Assembly: GCA_965603825.1 (NCBI GenBank)
Contig: CBFDEM010000036.1
Location: forward strand, 310,001 to 374,000
DNA length: 64,000 nt
Origin: Blepharisma stoltei ATCC 30299
Taxonomy: Eukaryota > Protista > Ciliophora
Reading direction: 5' to 3'
The notes below the pieces were generated by a model, which saw nothing but the letters and a program-made list of their open reading frames with translations, did no database searches and was not told where the DNA came from. This document shows, in pieces, positions 12,152 through 24,182 of the stretch. Position 1 is the first letter of the stretch. The number at the start of each line of letters is the position of its first letter. A program made the position numbers and the translations under genes.

Positions 12152-12865
12152 ATGGGGCAAGTTTGTTGTGTCGAGCGTGAAAACGAATATAAGCCAAAAG
12201 ACAAAAACCAAAAAAATAAAAATTTAGCAAGATTACGTGCAAATTCTGATATTCAGCAAAAAAAAATCCCAAAAGAAGTGCCTATTAGCCCACAAAGTGC
12301 TTATGATTCTGATATTTCATACCATAATTCGTCAATTGATATCAAATTTTTTGTGATCAGCCTCCAATATATAAAGGATAACTTAATAACCCAAGAAGAA
12401 GTAATGAAGATTTATATTGACCAAAAAGAAAAACCCATAACTAAGAACTCATTAATTTCAGCTACTCTCTTTTATTGAGGAGAATACACAGGCAGATATG
12501 CTAATGGAGCATATGTGGAAAAAGGAGTTTTTCATCATTTAGAATCAATTTTAGAAGGAAATGATGAAACTGAAATAAAATGAGCCCTAAAAGCTCTATT
12601 CCAATTATCGAAACTGGAAGAAGTAAAAGATGATATCAGAGCTTGCATTACTTTAATAATGCTATCAAATTCCTTAGAAAATAGAAGCCCAGAACTTAGA
12701 AAAGAATATGGAAGGTTGATTAATGAATTGTATCTCTATGACTCGAAATATGCAAGTAGAAATATTTCAAATGAGTGTTTAAGCAAGTTGATGACTTGCA
12801 TTTCAGATTTTGACGAATTAACACAAATAAATTTGAGAGCCCTAGTAGCATATAAAAATATATAA
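12152..12865 (+). CDS. Hypothetical N-acylated (MGQVCC) protein with ARM-like helical C-half
   Basis: ORFs 12152 and 12659 share a frame and are joined via two TGAs. Confidence 0.65.
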
Positions 12866-12900
12866 TAATTAGCAATAAAATTTCTAATGAAATTATTTTA

Positions 12901-14601
12901 TTATAATATGAAGTATTCAGACACATTTTCTCTATCTTCCATATAATCTAGTGCAGATGCATACTTTTCTTGCTCTAAAGTAGGCTTTATTGATATTTTT
13001 TTCTCATGCTTTGGCTTGGGAGGGACTGGAACTAGTTCCACTGGGATGCTTTCCCCTTCCCGATATCTTCCAGGACTAAACTCAATCATTATGTGCTTTC
13101 CTTGATCTTTAGCCTCTCTTGCAGTTCCGAGATTCCTTGATTTTAAGCTAGGTCTTTGAAAGTTTACATTGGGGCTAAAATACATCATTCTTTGTGTGGG
13201 GTCTTGGATTGAAGTGTCCAAAAATGGTAGCCCGTGGTTTTTTGTGCTTGGTCGTGGGATTCCAGATTTCGCAGCATTTCTTGGCTCGCTTTGATAGCGA
13301 GGCTTAGAAGTATCTAAGCGGGTTTTGCTGTGCTCTTTAGTAGCTTGCTTGATTTTGCTAATAAACTTTGAATCATCCCATCATGATCTCATTACTCCTC
13401 TTTCACTTTCCCTAGTTCTTGGTGTACTTTTAATTCCTCTTCCAGACGAAATTTTAGAAGAAAATCTCACTTCTGGTTGTGGGATTTTTCTCTTTGAAAC
13501 TATATTATTCATGAGCTGTGCATAAGGCCTAGGAATATTTGTTAAGGACACAGGAATATCTTCGTTATTGTCTGTATTTTTATCAGAGTCTTCAGTATCT
13601 ACATATATTTTAGTTTTTGACTGTTCAAATTCTAATTCACTTGTCCTGATTAAGGGAGTTTTTGGACTAATAAATGGCAAAAATGTAGCTATGAATAAAA
13701 TATGTTCAAACTCTTTGCTGACAAGCCAGTCTTTGTCTTTTTTAACTGGCTTGCCAAATATATCAGAATTTATTTCAGGAAAAATGTACGAATTTTTATC
13801 AAAATCTATTGCTTCTGGTTTAAAATCAAATGAATGTTCAGACAAAAACGATTGTGTGGAAGCACGATTTTTTTGTAGTTCTTTAATTAGGTCTGTAATT
13901 AAAGCTCGCACTGTGACATCTTCTCCTGAAAAATTTCTTAGCCCGTCTTTTAGCATCCCTATAGCTTTATCATAGCTCCCTTCAAGCTTTACTGAAAGAC
14001 CAGCATGAGACATAATGACAATCCCAAACAAATTTTGGGTACATAGTTTTGATAATTTTGAAGGTTTTTCGCCTTTAATTACACTATTAATCATTTGGGC
14101 TGATTTTTCAAGATACCCACTGGCTTCTTTATACCTCCTGATTTTTCATAAAGCTACAAAAGTCAGCAAATTTGATGCTATAAATATATCACAGTTGCTG
14201 ATGCCCCCAGCTTCTTTAATTGTTACCATTAAGCTTTGAGCTTCATATAAAAATTTCAAACAATCTTTATATTGGCCAACTTTATGATAGAGAAACGCCA
14301 AGTTATTATAAGTTACCAATCGACCTTGTCAAAGCCGATCCAATAAATTTCCATACTTGCACAGTGCAGTGTCAGCTTCAGCTGCTTTTTTTAAGAAACT
14401 CAAAGTTTCGTGAATTAAATTGTACTGAAGGAAAATAATACTTAAAGAGTTGCACATAGTAATCAAATTCTTGAAATTTTTGCAGACATCTTCGCTACGG
14501 AAGCCTATCAACTCAGGCATCCTTTTCGTTTTTGTTTCTAAATTCTTGATGAAATTCCTGATTTCGTCGAGAGTAAAAAATCTCTTTTTCCTTTTATTCA
14601 T
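12901..14601 (-). CDS. TPR-containing hypothetical protein (566 aa)
   Basis: Three track ORFs in one frame separated only by TGA; TPR-like LVTYNNLAFLYHKVGQYKDCLKFLYEA. Confidence 0.7.
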
Positions 14602-14674
14602 AGTTAATTGAAATTTATGAAATATCCTCATATAAGGATTTCTAATAGGGAATGAGTTAATTAATATATTAGGG

Positions 14675-15406
14675 ATGGCTACTCTTTGGCTAGGCGATAT
14701 CAAGTCTTTTTCATGTGAAGTCCATCCTGCAGTTCCTATGACGATTCTTCAACACTATATGAGACGCCCAAATAAAGACCAAGAAGTAATAGGCCTTTTG
14801 CTGGGTACTCAATCTGAAGGTCTGATCCACATAAAGCACGCTATATGTCTTCACCATATGGTCAAAGACAATACCTTGAACTTTGCCAAGCCTCAAGCGA
14901 CAGCCCATTTCAACCATGTTATCGAAGCCTATCCTAAATACTCACTTATTGGAGCTTATCGAACTGGAGATCTGAACCACATTGCAGTCACCTCTATTCT
15001 TACTTACGAGAAGATGTTTCCTGGCAATAATCTGATCTTGCTGAATCTCCAACTCTCCAGCAAAGGAATCGACACCCAATGCTACAAACTCGCAAGAATG
15101 CGTATAGGTTCCCTTGCATTATTCGAGGCATTGCCAACAAAAATCATTACAGAGCCTTTGAACGTTTTGATGAAGCAGCGAATCAGCATCCAAGAGTTAG
15201 TGTCTGCATGCAAAAACTACGCAAAAGAAATAAGAGCTGGAAGAAAGCAGCCAGACAAAAGAATTTCTTTATTGCTATCTAGAGCCATAGGACTAACAGG
15301 GAAAGTTGATCCAAGCAGCTCTACAGATATAGACCTTGTGAATGAGATTGCTGAGCTCACGCTATCACAAACTGCTCAATCAGATAAAACTAACAATTCT
15401 CTTTAA
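14675..15406 (+). CDS. MPN/JAB1-domain protein, eIF3 subunit f-like
   Basis: VHPAVPMTILQHYMRR....EVIGLLLG, IGAY.TG; lacks the JAMM metal motif. Confidence 0.75.
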   Translation: MATLWLGDIKSFSCEVHPAVPMTILQHYMRRPNKDQEVIGLLLGTQSEGLIHIKHAICLHHMVKDNTLNFAKPQATAHFNHVIEAYPKYSLIGAYRTGDLNHIAVTSILTYEKMFPGNNLILLNLQLSSKGIDTQCYKLARMRIGSLALFEALPTKIITEPLNVLMKQRISIQELVSACKNYAKEIRAGRKQPDKRISLLLSRAIGLTGKVDPSSSTDIDLVNEIAELTLSQTAQSDKTNNSL

Positions 15407-15426
15407 GGATTAAGTTTAATGATTAA

Positions 15427-18400
15427 TTACTGCCTTCTCTGCAGCTTTAAGATACCTTCTACGGAAGAAAGCCCAATAACTGCCGTTCTCAAGAGGTCTT
15501 CAGAAACTCCGAACCTGCAGACTTGCTGGATTTTTCCACAGAGGGTGTTGATTTCTTCTAATAAGTTCAAGTAGTTTCTATAGTTCAACTGGAGAGTTTG
15601 GTTTGTGAGGTATTTAGCATCAGAGAAATACTGAATTGGCCCAGGGTTGCTGAATAAGTCGTTTCTGCCCCAAGAACGTCTTTCTGAAAGCAATTTTTGG
15701 AAAGCTCCTCCATGGAGATCAACTTCAGCGCTCGGAACGAGAACTCTGTTGCGGCCGTACTGAGACTTTCCTTTTAAGCGGACCATAGCAGAGATAGGAA
15801 TGGCGCCAAGTCTCCAGTGCTCAACAGGGCCACTTAAGCCTCTTGCGGTTGTCATGTAGCCTGTCACGCCTGCACTAATGAGGGCTGCTGCAGTTGCTCC
15901 ATAAGTAGTCGCTAGTGAACAGTCAAAGACTGTTGGCATTGAGCAGCGTCCTTGGTATCCGAAGAAGTGGCAAACTGGAGCAAATGAGCCATTATAAGTG
16001 CCAGCCTTTTTGCGCTCTCTCAATTCTTTGGCAACAAGGTCTGCTAATAGTCTTTCAGTTTCGATCAAAGATAATTGGACCTGGCCGTTTGAGTCAATTC
16101 TAGTAAGGAGCTGATATTGGAACCATTTAGGCAGATCTTTAAGAACTGGTCCTGAAATATGGTTGAAATATTTATCAATTTCCTTATCATCCTGGACAAT
16201 TGCAATGGCTAAATCCTGCCTATCTTGTTTTGTCCTTGGGCCCATCAATACTCCAATGTCACTAATAAGCTCTCTATAGTGTGAAATTTGCAGTGTAAGG
16301 CCTTCTGGGACGAGGAGAGTTCCGAAATGCTTTTTCATGCTTGCTCTTTCGCATACGATATCTGCAATGTATTTCACAATATCAATTAGAGTGTATCCTT
16401 CCTGCTTGAAGAACTCACTAATGATTGCGGCATTTGGATGAGTTTGAAGGGCACATTCAAGGACCAAATGGCTTGGATCTCTTCCCATGAGTCTTACAAA
16501 GTACCAGTACTTAATAGCGCTAGCAGAATCAGTGATCATATTTCCAACCATCTGTGCATTTAATCTTGAAGCTGTGTCGAATCCAATCGTTGTTTCAAAA
16601 AGTCTGTGTGAGATGTTGGCGTCGATACTGGCTGGAATTCCAATGATTTTTGTTTTCACGTTTTCTGTTATGAAATAGTCAGCTAAGTATGCGGCATCAG
16701 TCAAAGAGTGAGTAGCCCCGACAACCACTAAACCGTCGAGATCTAACTGCTCGCATGTTTCTTTGACTTTTCTGAACTGTTCAGCACCTCTGATTGCATC
16801 TCCAGATCTGCCCAGGAAATCCATTCCTCCTTGGTTTCTGTATGGTAAAAAGTTCTTGGCTGTGATTTTGAAGTAATTTTTATTGAAAAGGCCGATGTTT
16901 CCGTCCAAAAAGCCATATAGCTCCGAATCTGGTCGAGATTCTAATGCAAGCAGCAAACCGTCAATTACGTTATGGGCACCTGGAGTTTGACGACCAAGGT
17001 AAAAGACACCAATTTTAAGTGGTCCAGGCTGAAGTCCGCTTCCTTTGGTGATCTCTACGAATCTCTTTCTCTTAGGGTCACATAAAAATGGTAACTGATC
17101 TTGCAAAGCTGCTCTTACTTCTTCAGTCTCAGGCTCTAAAATGTCCCCAAAAATAGCCTGACATGAATCAAGTCCATGCAAAAATACTTCCGGCACATCA
17201 ACTTGAGCATGCATTCTAGCAATCGCTAATGGACTCATATCTATTTTCTTCCTTGGGTAATATGGGAAGCTTTCTGGAGTATCATCGCTGCTAGCCAAAT
17301 CCTCAGGAGTTGGAGGTTTTAATAAGAAACTAACATCAGTGCTTGCAACTCCATCAAATTGGATTGGCCCAGGAGTTCTGTAGCAATCGTTATACATCCA
17401 ATGCTCTCTCATTGATTCATAAGCCTTGAAGCAAGGAGAATCCATCTCTACCAAAGCTTTCTTAATGACAGCCACGTCTTTACCTTTTCTTCTTTCAAGA
17501 TGCATCATTGCAGCCAATGGGCAACCAGCAGCCTTCCAATTCTCTGGAGGCTGATCTATGCCTCTGCAGACGGCCATGCATCCAGTGAAATTGTATTTGA
17601 TCAAAGCTGATGCACAATTACCTAAAGCATAGCAGTAGTTTGCGTCAAAATTTGAAGGTAAAGAGCTTCTTCCTTCGTATCCGAAATAGTAGCTTTGTGG
17701 CAAAAATGGGTATCTGTGTCCTCTCTTTGGCAACTCAGTTTCGAGGAGCATCATCAATAGTCTTTCAGTCTCAATTTTAGCGACTTGGACATTTCCATGT
17801 GGGTCACGATCTAGCATCAATTGGTTTCTAATGCTTTCTGGCAAGAAATGATACAGTTGTCTTGAGGATTCACTAAGCCCACTCACAACTTGATTTACGA
17901 TTTCTTCAGTTAGTCCAGTATGTCCAGCCATTCCTTCATTTAATTCTTTAATCAGAGCATTTACTTCAGGGATAAACTCAATCAGCCCTTCAGGCACCAA
18001 AATAACTCCATATGACTTTCCTGCTTCTCCTCTTTTCACAATCATTGTCGCAAGTTGGTCAACAATTTGGCTTAAAGTCATGTTTTTCTCTTGAACTTCT
18101 TCGCCAATAAGGACTAAATTTGCTCTAGTCTTCAGCTCGCACTCCAAAGCAATATGACTTGCAGATCTTCCCATAAGTCTTATGAAATGGTAGTATTTCT
18201 TGCTCGAAACTGCGTCTATTAAGACATTTCCAATGACTTCACTATAAGTTTTGGTAGCAGTGTCGAAACCAAATGAGACTTCAATGAACTCATTACGAAG
18301 ATCTCCATCAATTGTTTTTGGGCAGCCAATTACCTTGATGTGGGAGCCTTTGCTTATGAAATATTCAGCAAGAAGAGCAGCATTGGTGTTTGAGTCGTCA

Positions 18401-18924
18401 CCTCCAATTACGATGAGACCGTCAAGATTCAATGCGGAGCAGTAATTCAAGGAATTGGCGTATTGCTCATCAGTTTCAATTTTATCACGACCAGAGCAGA
18501 TCATGTCGAAGCCTCCTTGGTTGCGGTAAAAAGCCATGCGTTCCTCATCAATTTCAATGTATTGGTTGGTATAAATCCCCCTTGGACCTCCTAAGAAGCC
18601 AAAAACTTGGGAAGAGCTGTGATGACGCTTGACGTAGTCAAAAACTCCCATGATAACGTTGTGGCCACCACTGGCTTGGCCTCCTGATAGAACTACACCA
18701 ATGCGTAGAGGAGATGGAGGAATTGAGGATTCTTCATTAGTTGGCTGGAATTCCACATATTTGATGGCACTGATCGCAGGGTATTTTTCGCGAATTTCGT
18801 CTAGGACAGGGACGTCTTGGAAGACAAAAGCAGAATTTGCTTGCTGGAGACCGTGAGGAAGAACTGGGATATACTTTTGACGAATTTTCTGAAATTCTGA
18901 GAGCTGGAAAGTTGGCTTAGCCAT
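15427..18924 (-). CDS. PFP: Pyrophosphate-dependent phosphofructokinase, fused catalytic and regulatory-like halves
   Basis: SGGQASGGHN, GGDDSNT, PKTIDGDL, MGRSASH, RDPHGN, GYEGR; second half is a degenerate repeat. Confidence 0.95.
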   Translation of the reverse strand: MAKPTFQLSEFQKIRQKYIPVLPHGLQQANSAFVFQDVPVLDEIREKYPAISAIKYVEFQPTNEESSIPPSPLRIGVVLSGGQASGGHNVIMGVFDYVKRHHSSSQVFGFLGGPRGIYTNQYIEIDEERMAFYRNQGGFDMICSGRDKIETDEQYANSLNYCSALNLDGLIVIGGDDSNTNAALLAEYFISKGSHIKVIGCPKTIDGDLRNEFIEVSFGFDTATKTYSEVIGNVLIDAVSSKKYYHFIRLMGRSASHIALECELKTRANLVLIGEEVQEKNMTLSQIVDQLATMIVKRGEAGKSYGVILVPEGLIEFIPEVNALIKELNEGMAGHTGLTEEIVNQVVSGLSESSRQLYHFLPESIRNQLMLDRDPHGNVQVAKIETERLLMMLLETELPKRGHRYPFLPQSYYFGYEGRSSLPSNFDANYCYALGNCASALIKYNFTGCMAVCRGIDQPPENWKAAGCPLAAMMHLERRKGKDVAVIKKALVEMDSPCFKAYESMREHWMYNDCYRTPGPIQFDGVASTDVSFLLKPPTPEDLASSDDTPESFPYYPRKKIDMSPLAIARMHAQVDVPEVFLHGLDSCQAIFGDILEPETEEVRAALQDQLPFLCDPKRKRFVEITKGSGLQPGPLKIGVFYLGRQTPGAHNVIDGLLLALESRPDSELYGFLDGNIGLFNKNYFKITAKNFLPYRNQGGMDFLGRSGDAIRGAEQFRKVKETCEQLDLDGLVVVGATHSLTDAAYLADYFITENVKTKIIGIPASIDANISHRLFETTIGFDTASRLNAQMVGNMITDSASAIKYWYFVRLMGRDPSHLVLECALQTHPNAAIISEFFKQEGYTLIDIVKYIADIVCERASMKKHFGTLLVPEGLTLQISHYRELISDIGVLMGPRTKQDRQDLAIAIVQDDKEIDKYFNHISGPVLKDLPKWFQYQLLTRIDSNGQVQLSLIETERLLADLVAKELRERKKAGTYNGSFAPVCHFFGYQGRCSMPTVFDCSLATTYGATAAALISAGVTGYMTTARGLSGPVEHWRLGAIPISAMVRLKGKSQYGRNRVLVPSAEVDLHGGAFQKLLSERRSWGRNDLFSNPGPIQYFSDAKYLTNQTLQLNYRNYLNLLEEINTLCGKIQQVCRFGVSEDLLRTAVIGLSSVEGILKLQRRQ

Positions 18925-19231
18925 TAAGAATTATTATCCATTACTTAATTTTGATATAAGAGTGATAATAGATATCTATTGAACAAATTTATTTAATAAA
19001 CACACAACACAACTTAAAGTTATTTTCCATTTATAGAAAAGTTGAAAAATTTTAGATATGCAAATGGGTAGGAGACGATGCAAAATACTGAAATAACAAA
19101 TAACTAATCGTTGGATTTATTTTTCTTTGTATATCAGCGAAAAAATTTTCTCTGGTTGTTTTTATTTCAAACATATAAAGATAGGCACCAAAGCTACCTA
19201 ATATGCTATTAATTATTTTATTTTTTGCAAT

Positions 19232-20773
19232 TTATGTGCATTCTTCACTCAGCAGCCCTTGATACCGTTCCATTCCATTTAATCTTCCATCAAAAACCTT
19301 TATAAATCCTGTACCCTTCAAAATCATATCAAAATCAGCTTTATATAGCAGTGCATATTCTAAGTCAATTGTCTCTTTAATTAACCTTTCTTGGATCCTT
19401 CCTTTTTCTTCTGTAGTTGCCTGCATTGCTGGGCTTCTATTTACTTCTAGAAATCATAGATGAAGCTTTGAATCAAACATAAAATCAACTCCATACAGTT
19501 CAAATACTCTTGGATGCCACAAAAATCTCTCAATATTCATTCTCACTAAATGAAGCATTTTCAGTCTCATTGTGGGGCGAACATAATCGTTTATCCAGTC
19601 CCCTTCAACAAGTCCTTGGCTTTGCATATAGCTGAGAAACTGAGGAAAAGTCCACATTTGGTCTTTCATTACTTCTTCATATTCAGCTTGCGTTGCATTA
19701 CGCTCTTCAAGCATTTCTTTGACAAGAGCTGTGTTAGTGATATGAGCTCCAGATTCTTTTGCGGACTGGTCATACTGTGCAACTGATACTCTTAAAAATC
19801 CATCATGATATAAGATTACTAGAGGATCAACACTTGCAATAAGCATGTAAATTCTGAAATCGAATTTTCTTCCTTTAATTAACAATGGGTCAGGCACATA
19901 TCTCTGGACAATAAATTGGTCTTCAATAAGCCCACATTTATCTCCATACCCATATTCTTTCAGGATTTCCTCTGCAACTTTTTCGTTTACAACTCTTACT
20001 CCTTCGGCATTGTGGCTATTTCTGCTTTTCTTTTTTATTCATTTTATAGCGCTCTTGTCAGTTTCAGAGATTAAACCATCGATAAATTCTCTGCATTCCA
20101 CTTCATTGCTCAAATCTAGTGTGTATGGCATAAATGTCCATGGATCAAAGCATTGTTTCCTATCAGCATAATATTCCCCATATTCTTTGGCGTTTCTTGC
20201 AGCTTCATCTTTATTTATCATATGCTCATGCCCAGGAATATGGTTATACATTTGCCCTTCACATAGAAAATGGGTCCCAATCTTATGTTTTAGATGCCAG
20301 CCTGGTGTTTTCTCAAAGAATAGATTAATATTAGGAGTCAAATACTCATTAGGACCTTCGGTATATTTTTCTATTGTATGCCTTTGTAATACTAAGTTTC
20401 CATATCTTTTTAAAACATCCTTCACCAAGTTCCCATTTCGATAATCAGAAAATGCGACACGATACTTTTTAGTAGGAAGCCCTCTTTCATCAAAAGTAAC
20501 TGGATTCTCTTTTTGATACTTAGATACTTTGTTACAATACTCATCATCATCGAGAATTCCTTGATATTCTTCGTAAAACGAAGTTCGTGACATGTAATCT
20601 TGCCATGCTGGAGAGGAGTACAATGGAAGTTTAGGAGCATTTTCATAGCGGAGAGACTTCATTGAGTAGCCTCGGAACATAGTGCGAGAAGGCTCAATTT
20701 CTGCAAATAAAAATAAACAAACTATGCAGTTTATAATAAGAAGAAGAGCTATGCCGAGCTTTATAATTTTCAT
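19232..20773 (-). CDS. Tubulin-tyrosine ligase-like (TTLL) ATP-grasp protein with N-terminal signal anchor (513 aa)
   Basis: YNHIPG, *IKK, IVQRYVPDPLLIKGRKFDFRIY, HITN, FELYGVDFM, L*FLEVNRSP; hydrophobic N-terminus. Confidence 0.88.
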
Positions 20774-20935
20774 TATAAAAGATGGGTTTTAATAAAAAGC
20801 TAATATGGAAACTAGCTGTTTTATTAGAACATATTTTTATTTAAACTGATCATTTAAATAATCAAGGGAGAAGAATAAGCTGCATCTATAGTTTACTTTG
20901 AATATAAAAAATTTTATAAAGCTAAATTAAATTAA

Positions 20936-21583
20936 ATGGAAAATTCAGCACCAAGTGGCTTTCTCAATCTTTCAAACCAATCGCTGTCATCTCTTGAGTC
21001 CCAATCCTTTCAATATACTAAAGCAGTAACTCAATTTATTGACATCTCTCGCAACAAACTTCAAAATGCTAGCTTTCTATCAGGATTTTCCAAATTAATA
21101 CTCATCAATGCTGATTATAACTTTTTCAATTCCTTAGGATCTTTTCCAAGCTTACCAACATTAGATACCCTCTGCCTCAACTCAAATCAAATTTCTGATT
21201 TGCAGTCAGCTATAGATAATATTTCTTCGAAATTTCCTAATATCCAGCATTTAAGCTTGATACGAAATCCATGCTGCCCTTTCTTGGACGAAAGGGTAAC
21301 AGATCAAGAAAGAATTAATTATAGAATGACCGTCATTGCTCAGTTGCCGAGTCTTGTGTCATTAGATGGCTCAGCTGTTAGCAACAATGAAAAAGAGATG
21401 GCGACTAAATGAAGAAGAGACCACCAATTTGCACCAAGGCCAGTTGTGACGCCTTTTAGGTACGAGTCAGTGCCTGAACCTGCGAGAGATTCTCCTATAA
21501 AAGTTTCTATGAAAGCTCCAGATAAGAAAAAGAAAGCCACTTTAAGCGAAGGGAATCGGTTTATTACAAATAAAGAGTTATAA
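20936..21583 (+). CDS. LRMDA: Leucine-rich melanocyte differentiation-associated protein (C10orf11) homolog
   Basis: SDS22-like LRRs, NPCCP, YR..VI..LP.L..LD; TGA readthrough gives the diagnostic C-terminal SEGNRFITNKEL. Confidence 0.8.
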
Positions 21584-21961
21584 AACCTTAATCAGGGTTT
21601 TTAAATTAATAATATACACATCTTGCTACGAAATTCTTAGATAATAAAATACTATATTTGTAATATCAGCACATTACTAATGGCATCATTTTAATGGCTA
21701 TTTTAAAATGTTATGAGTTTAATTTTATGCCGGCTTATTTAAAACAAGTAAAAATATAATTTCAAAATCTATGAGTTGTGTTTTTAATTGAAGTCATTGA
21801 ATTCATTATAAAAATGCTGGCACTTGATTTATTTTAGTGCAATACGTGCTCAAATACATGATTTGGCTCTTTTTAAGAAAGAATGAGAAATCGTTAGATG
21901 TGAATGCTTGTGAAAATGCATATTTTTGAGTCTATATAAATGGCTTATAATATTAACGGAA

Positions 21962-22279
21962 ATGGCCCTAAAATGGATTATTGCTTTAACGATCATAGGC
22001 TTATGCTTTGCCAATGAAGCCCCTCCTCCTCCAGCGATGCTGAGAGGAGCTGCACTATTGCATCGGTCTGGAGATGATATGGTCAAAGAAGAAATTTCAG
22101 ATTTTTATAATGGAAAAACCACTTTTAATTTAGCCAACAATTACTTGTTAATGAGAAAAACCCTTGGAAGCATAAATGAGGATCAATATCAGCATGGCTT
22201 ACATCAATTAGACGTGTTCTATGGAATGATGAATAGAGAATTTCCTCCTGTTGGTCAGTTTCAAGAAAATAAAAATTAA
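21962..22279 (+). CDS. Small secreted hypothetical protein (105 aa)
   Basis: Signal peptide MALKWIIALTIIGLCFA; AT-rich flanks. Confidence 0.6.
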   Translation: MALKWIIALTIIGLCFANEAPPPPAMLRGAALLHRSGDDMVKEEISDFYNGKTTFNLANNYLLMRKTLGSINEDQYQHGLHQLDVFYGMMNREFPPVGQFQENKN

Positions 22280-22641
22280 CATAATTAACAATTTTTAACG
22301 TTAATTAAAGTTCATAGAGACCAAGTCTTATCTTTAGCCTTTCTTATAAGGAAGCTTTATATATTAATTTTACGGCTGTGATTCTGCTTAATATATTGTA
22401 TTCATAGTATATCACTTGCAATTCTATTATATAGAAGTTTCTATTATTTGGACTTATTATGCTGAAATATTTATGAAGAAATGCTGAAGGAAAAGCATAA
22501 AATCATGAAATAGCATAATATATCTATTATAGAAATTATTAATACAAAGAAAGAATTGAAGGACAGCTAATTTATAAAGTTTCATGACTGATTTTAACAT
22601 GATTATTATAGACATTTTGAATTAATTTAACTTTATACACT

Positions 22642-24153
22642 CTAACTTCGAGCAAACGAAAAAGTTTTAGTTGATTCCAATCTGTCTTTTAACTGTTTTT
22701 GTTCTTTTGTAATGACAGCCATATAACGGTCAAGCGATTCGACTCCAGCAATTGCAGATAGCAACTCTTTGAGTGTGATATTAAACTTACCTTCATAATT
22801 ACTCAGCATGCATTCCTGTGCCAGTCTTTGCAACTCTAGTTCTTTTGTCTTTTTGAGGATTTCTTTAATTGATTGCAATTGTTGATCATTTATTTTGCTT
22901 TCAGTCGCACTTTTTAGCTTGCTTGTTTCGTCTTCATTTGGCTTATTCTCATCTTCATAAATGACCACCATTTGTTTGCTGGCTTTATCCCATACCATCT
23001 TAGGCCTTTGTGTCTGTACATTTTTCGTCAATTGGAAAAGCCGGGCGTGAATATTATTTCACTTATCGTTGCTAATCAAGCTGCATGATCCTTTTCTCTC
23101 ACTTTTGCCAATTTCTTCTGATAAATGATCAGCTTCTAGGCTTTTCTGTGCTATAAATATTATGCAGTGTATTGCATCGTTGTCTAAAAAGTTTGGGAAC
23201 ATATCAGGGCTTACTGCCAGATTTAATCTCCATAGCTGTTTTATTATTCATGAGAGTCCTTCACTTCTTGTATCTTTACCCTCTTTTAGCAAGCTTAAAT
23301 AGTGAGATATTTGAGCATCTTTTACAGCACCAAGCTGCTTTCTAATTAAAGTACTTTGTGAATCAAGATATGCGAGAGGTTCAGCTCTTTTAGAAATTTC
23401 TTCTTGTATAGAAATTGCCAGTGCTGCTGCTTCTTCTTGCTTTTTCGTAAGCTGGTCTTTTAATGTTCCTTTGCGAGATGTTCACTCGGCGAATTCTTCT
23501 TGTGTTCGCTTTTTCCTTCTCATTTCTTTGGTTTCTTGAGCTGCAATTTGGGATTTAATTTTTTCTATTTCAGCTGCTATAATGACTGACTGTTTTTTTA
23601 TATCTAAGCACTCCCTTCTCAAGTCTTCTCTTTTTCTGTGTATTTGGCTTAGATCTCTGAGTAGCTTTTCATAGGTTTTTTCAAGCTCTTCTTCGTATAA
23701 TTTGAAATATCTGCATTTATCTTTAAACCCTTCGTCTTCATGTTTTTTGGTCATCCGCTGCCTTGCTGTGAACTTTGGCGAATCTATACCTTTCTTCTTT
23801 TTGGCAAGGTTTGGCAGCCGATTTCGATATTTTCTCTCTAAAATGTGCCCTTCAACGAGATCTTCTCCTGACACGCGTTTTTGAAGAGTTGCTTTGGCTT
23901 CTTGTATGGACTGAATAAAATCAATTTGCCCTTCTTTTTCTTTAAAATCTAATTTTTCAACTGCATCACGGTCTTCATCTTCAGATTCATATGCCAAGGC
24001 ATTACTTGGACTGCAAGCTGCTGACAATGATTTTTGAGGAGCAGCAGTTAGAGAAAATAAAGAAGTCGTTGACACTTGTCTTGTGACATTTGATTTAAGA
24101 AGAGAAGGGAGCTCAATATAAAACCGACTCCGAGGTTTTGAAGATGCATTCAT
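22642..24153 (-). CDS. Coiled-coil hypothetical protein (503 aa)
   Basis: ORFs 23482-24153 and 22642-23031 joined via TGAs; internal block DTRSEGLS*IIKQL*. Confidence 0.75.
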
Positions 24154-24182
24154 TTTTAGAGCTTATTATATAAATATATTTA

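Noticed and set aside
14602-14703. Apparent 5' overlap of the TPR gene with the eIF3f-like gene
   Set aside because: The track uses a non-ATG start; a better ATG at 14601 removes the overlap
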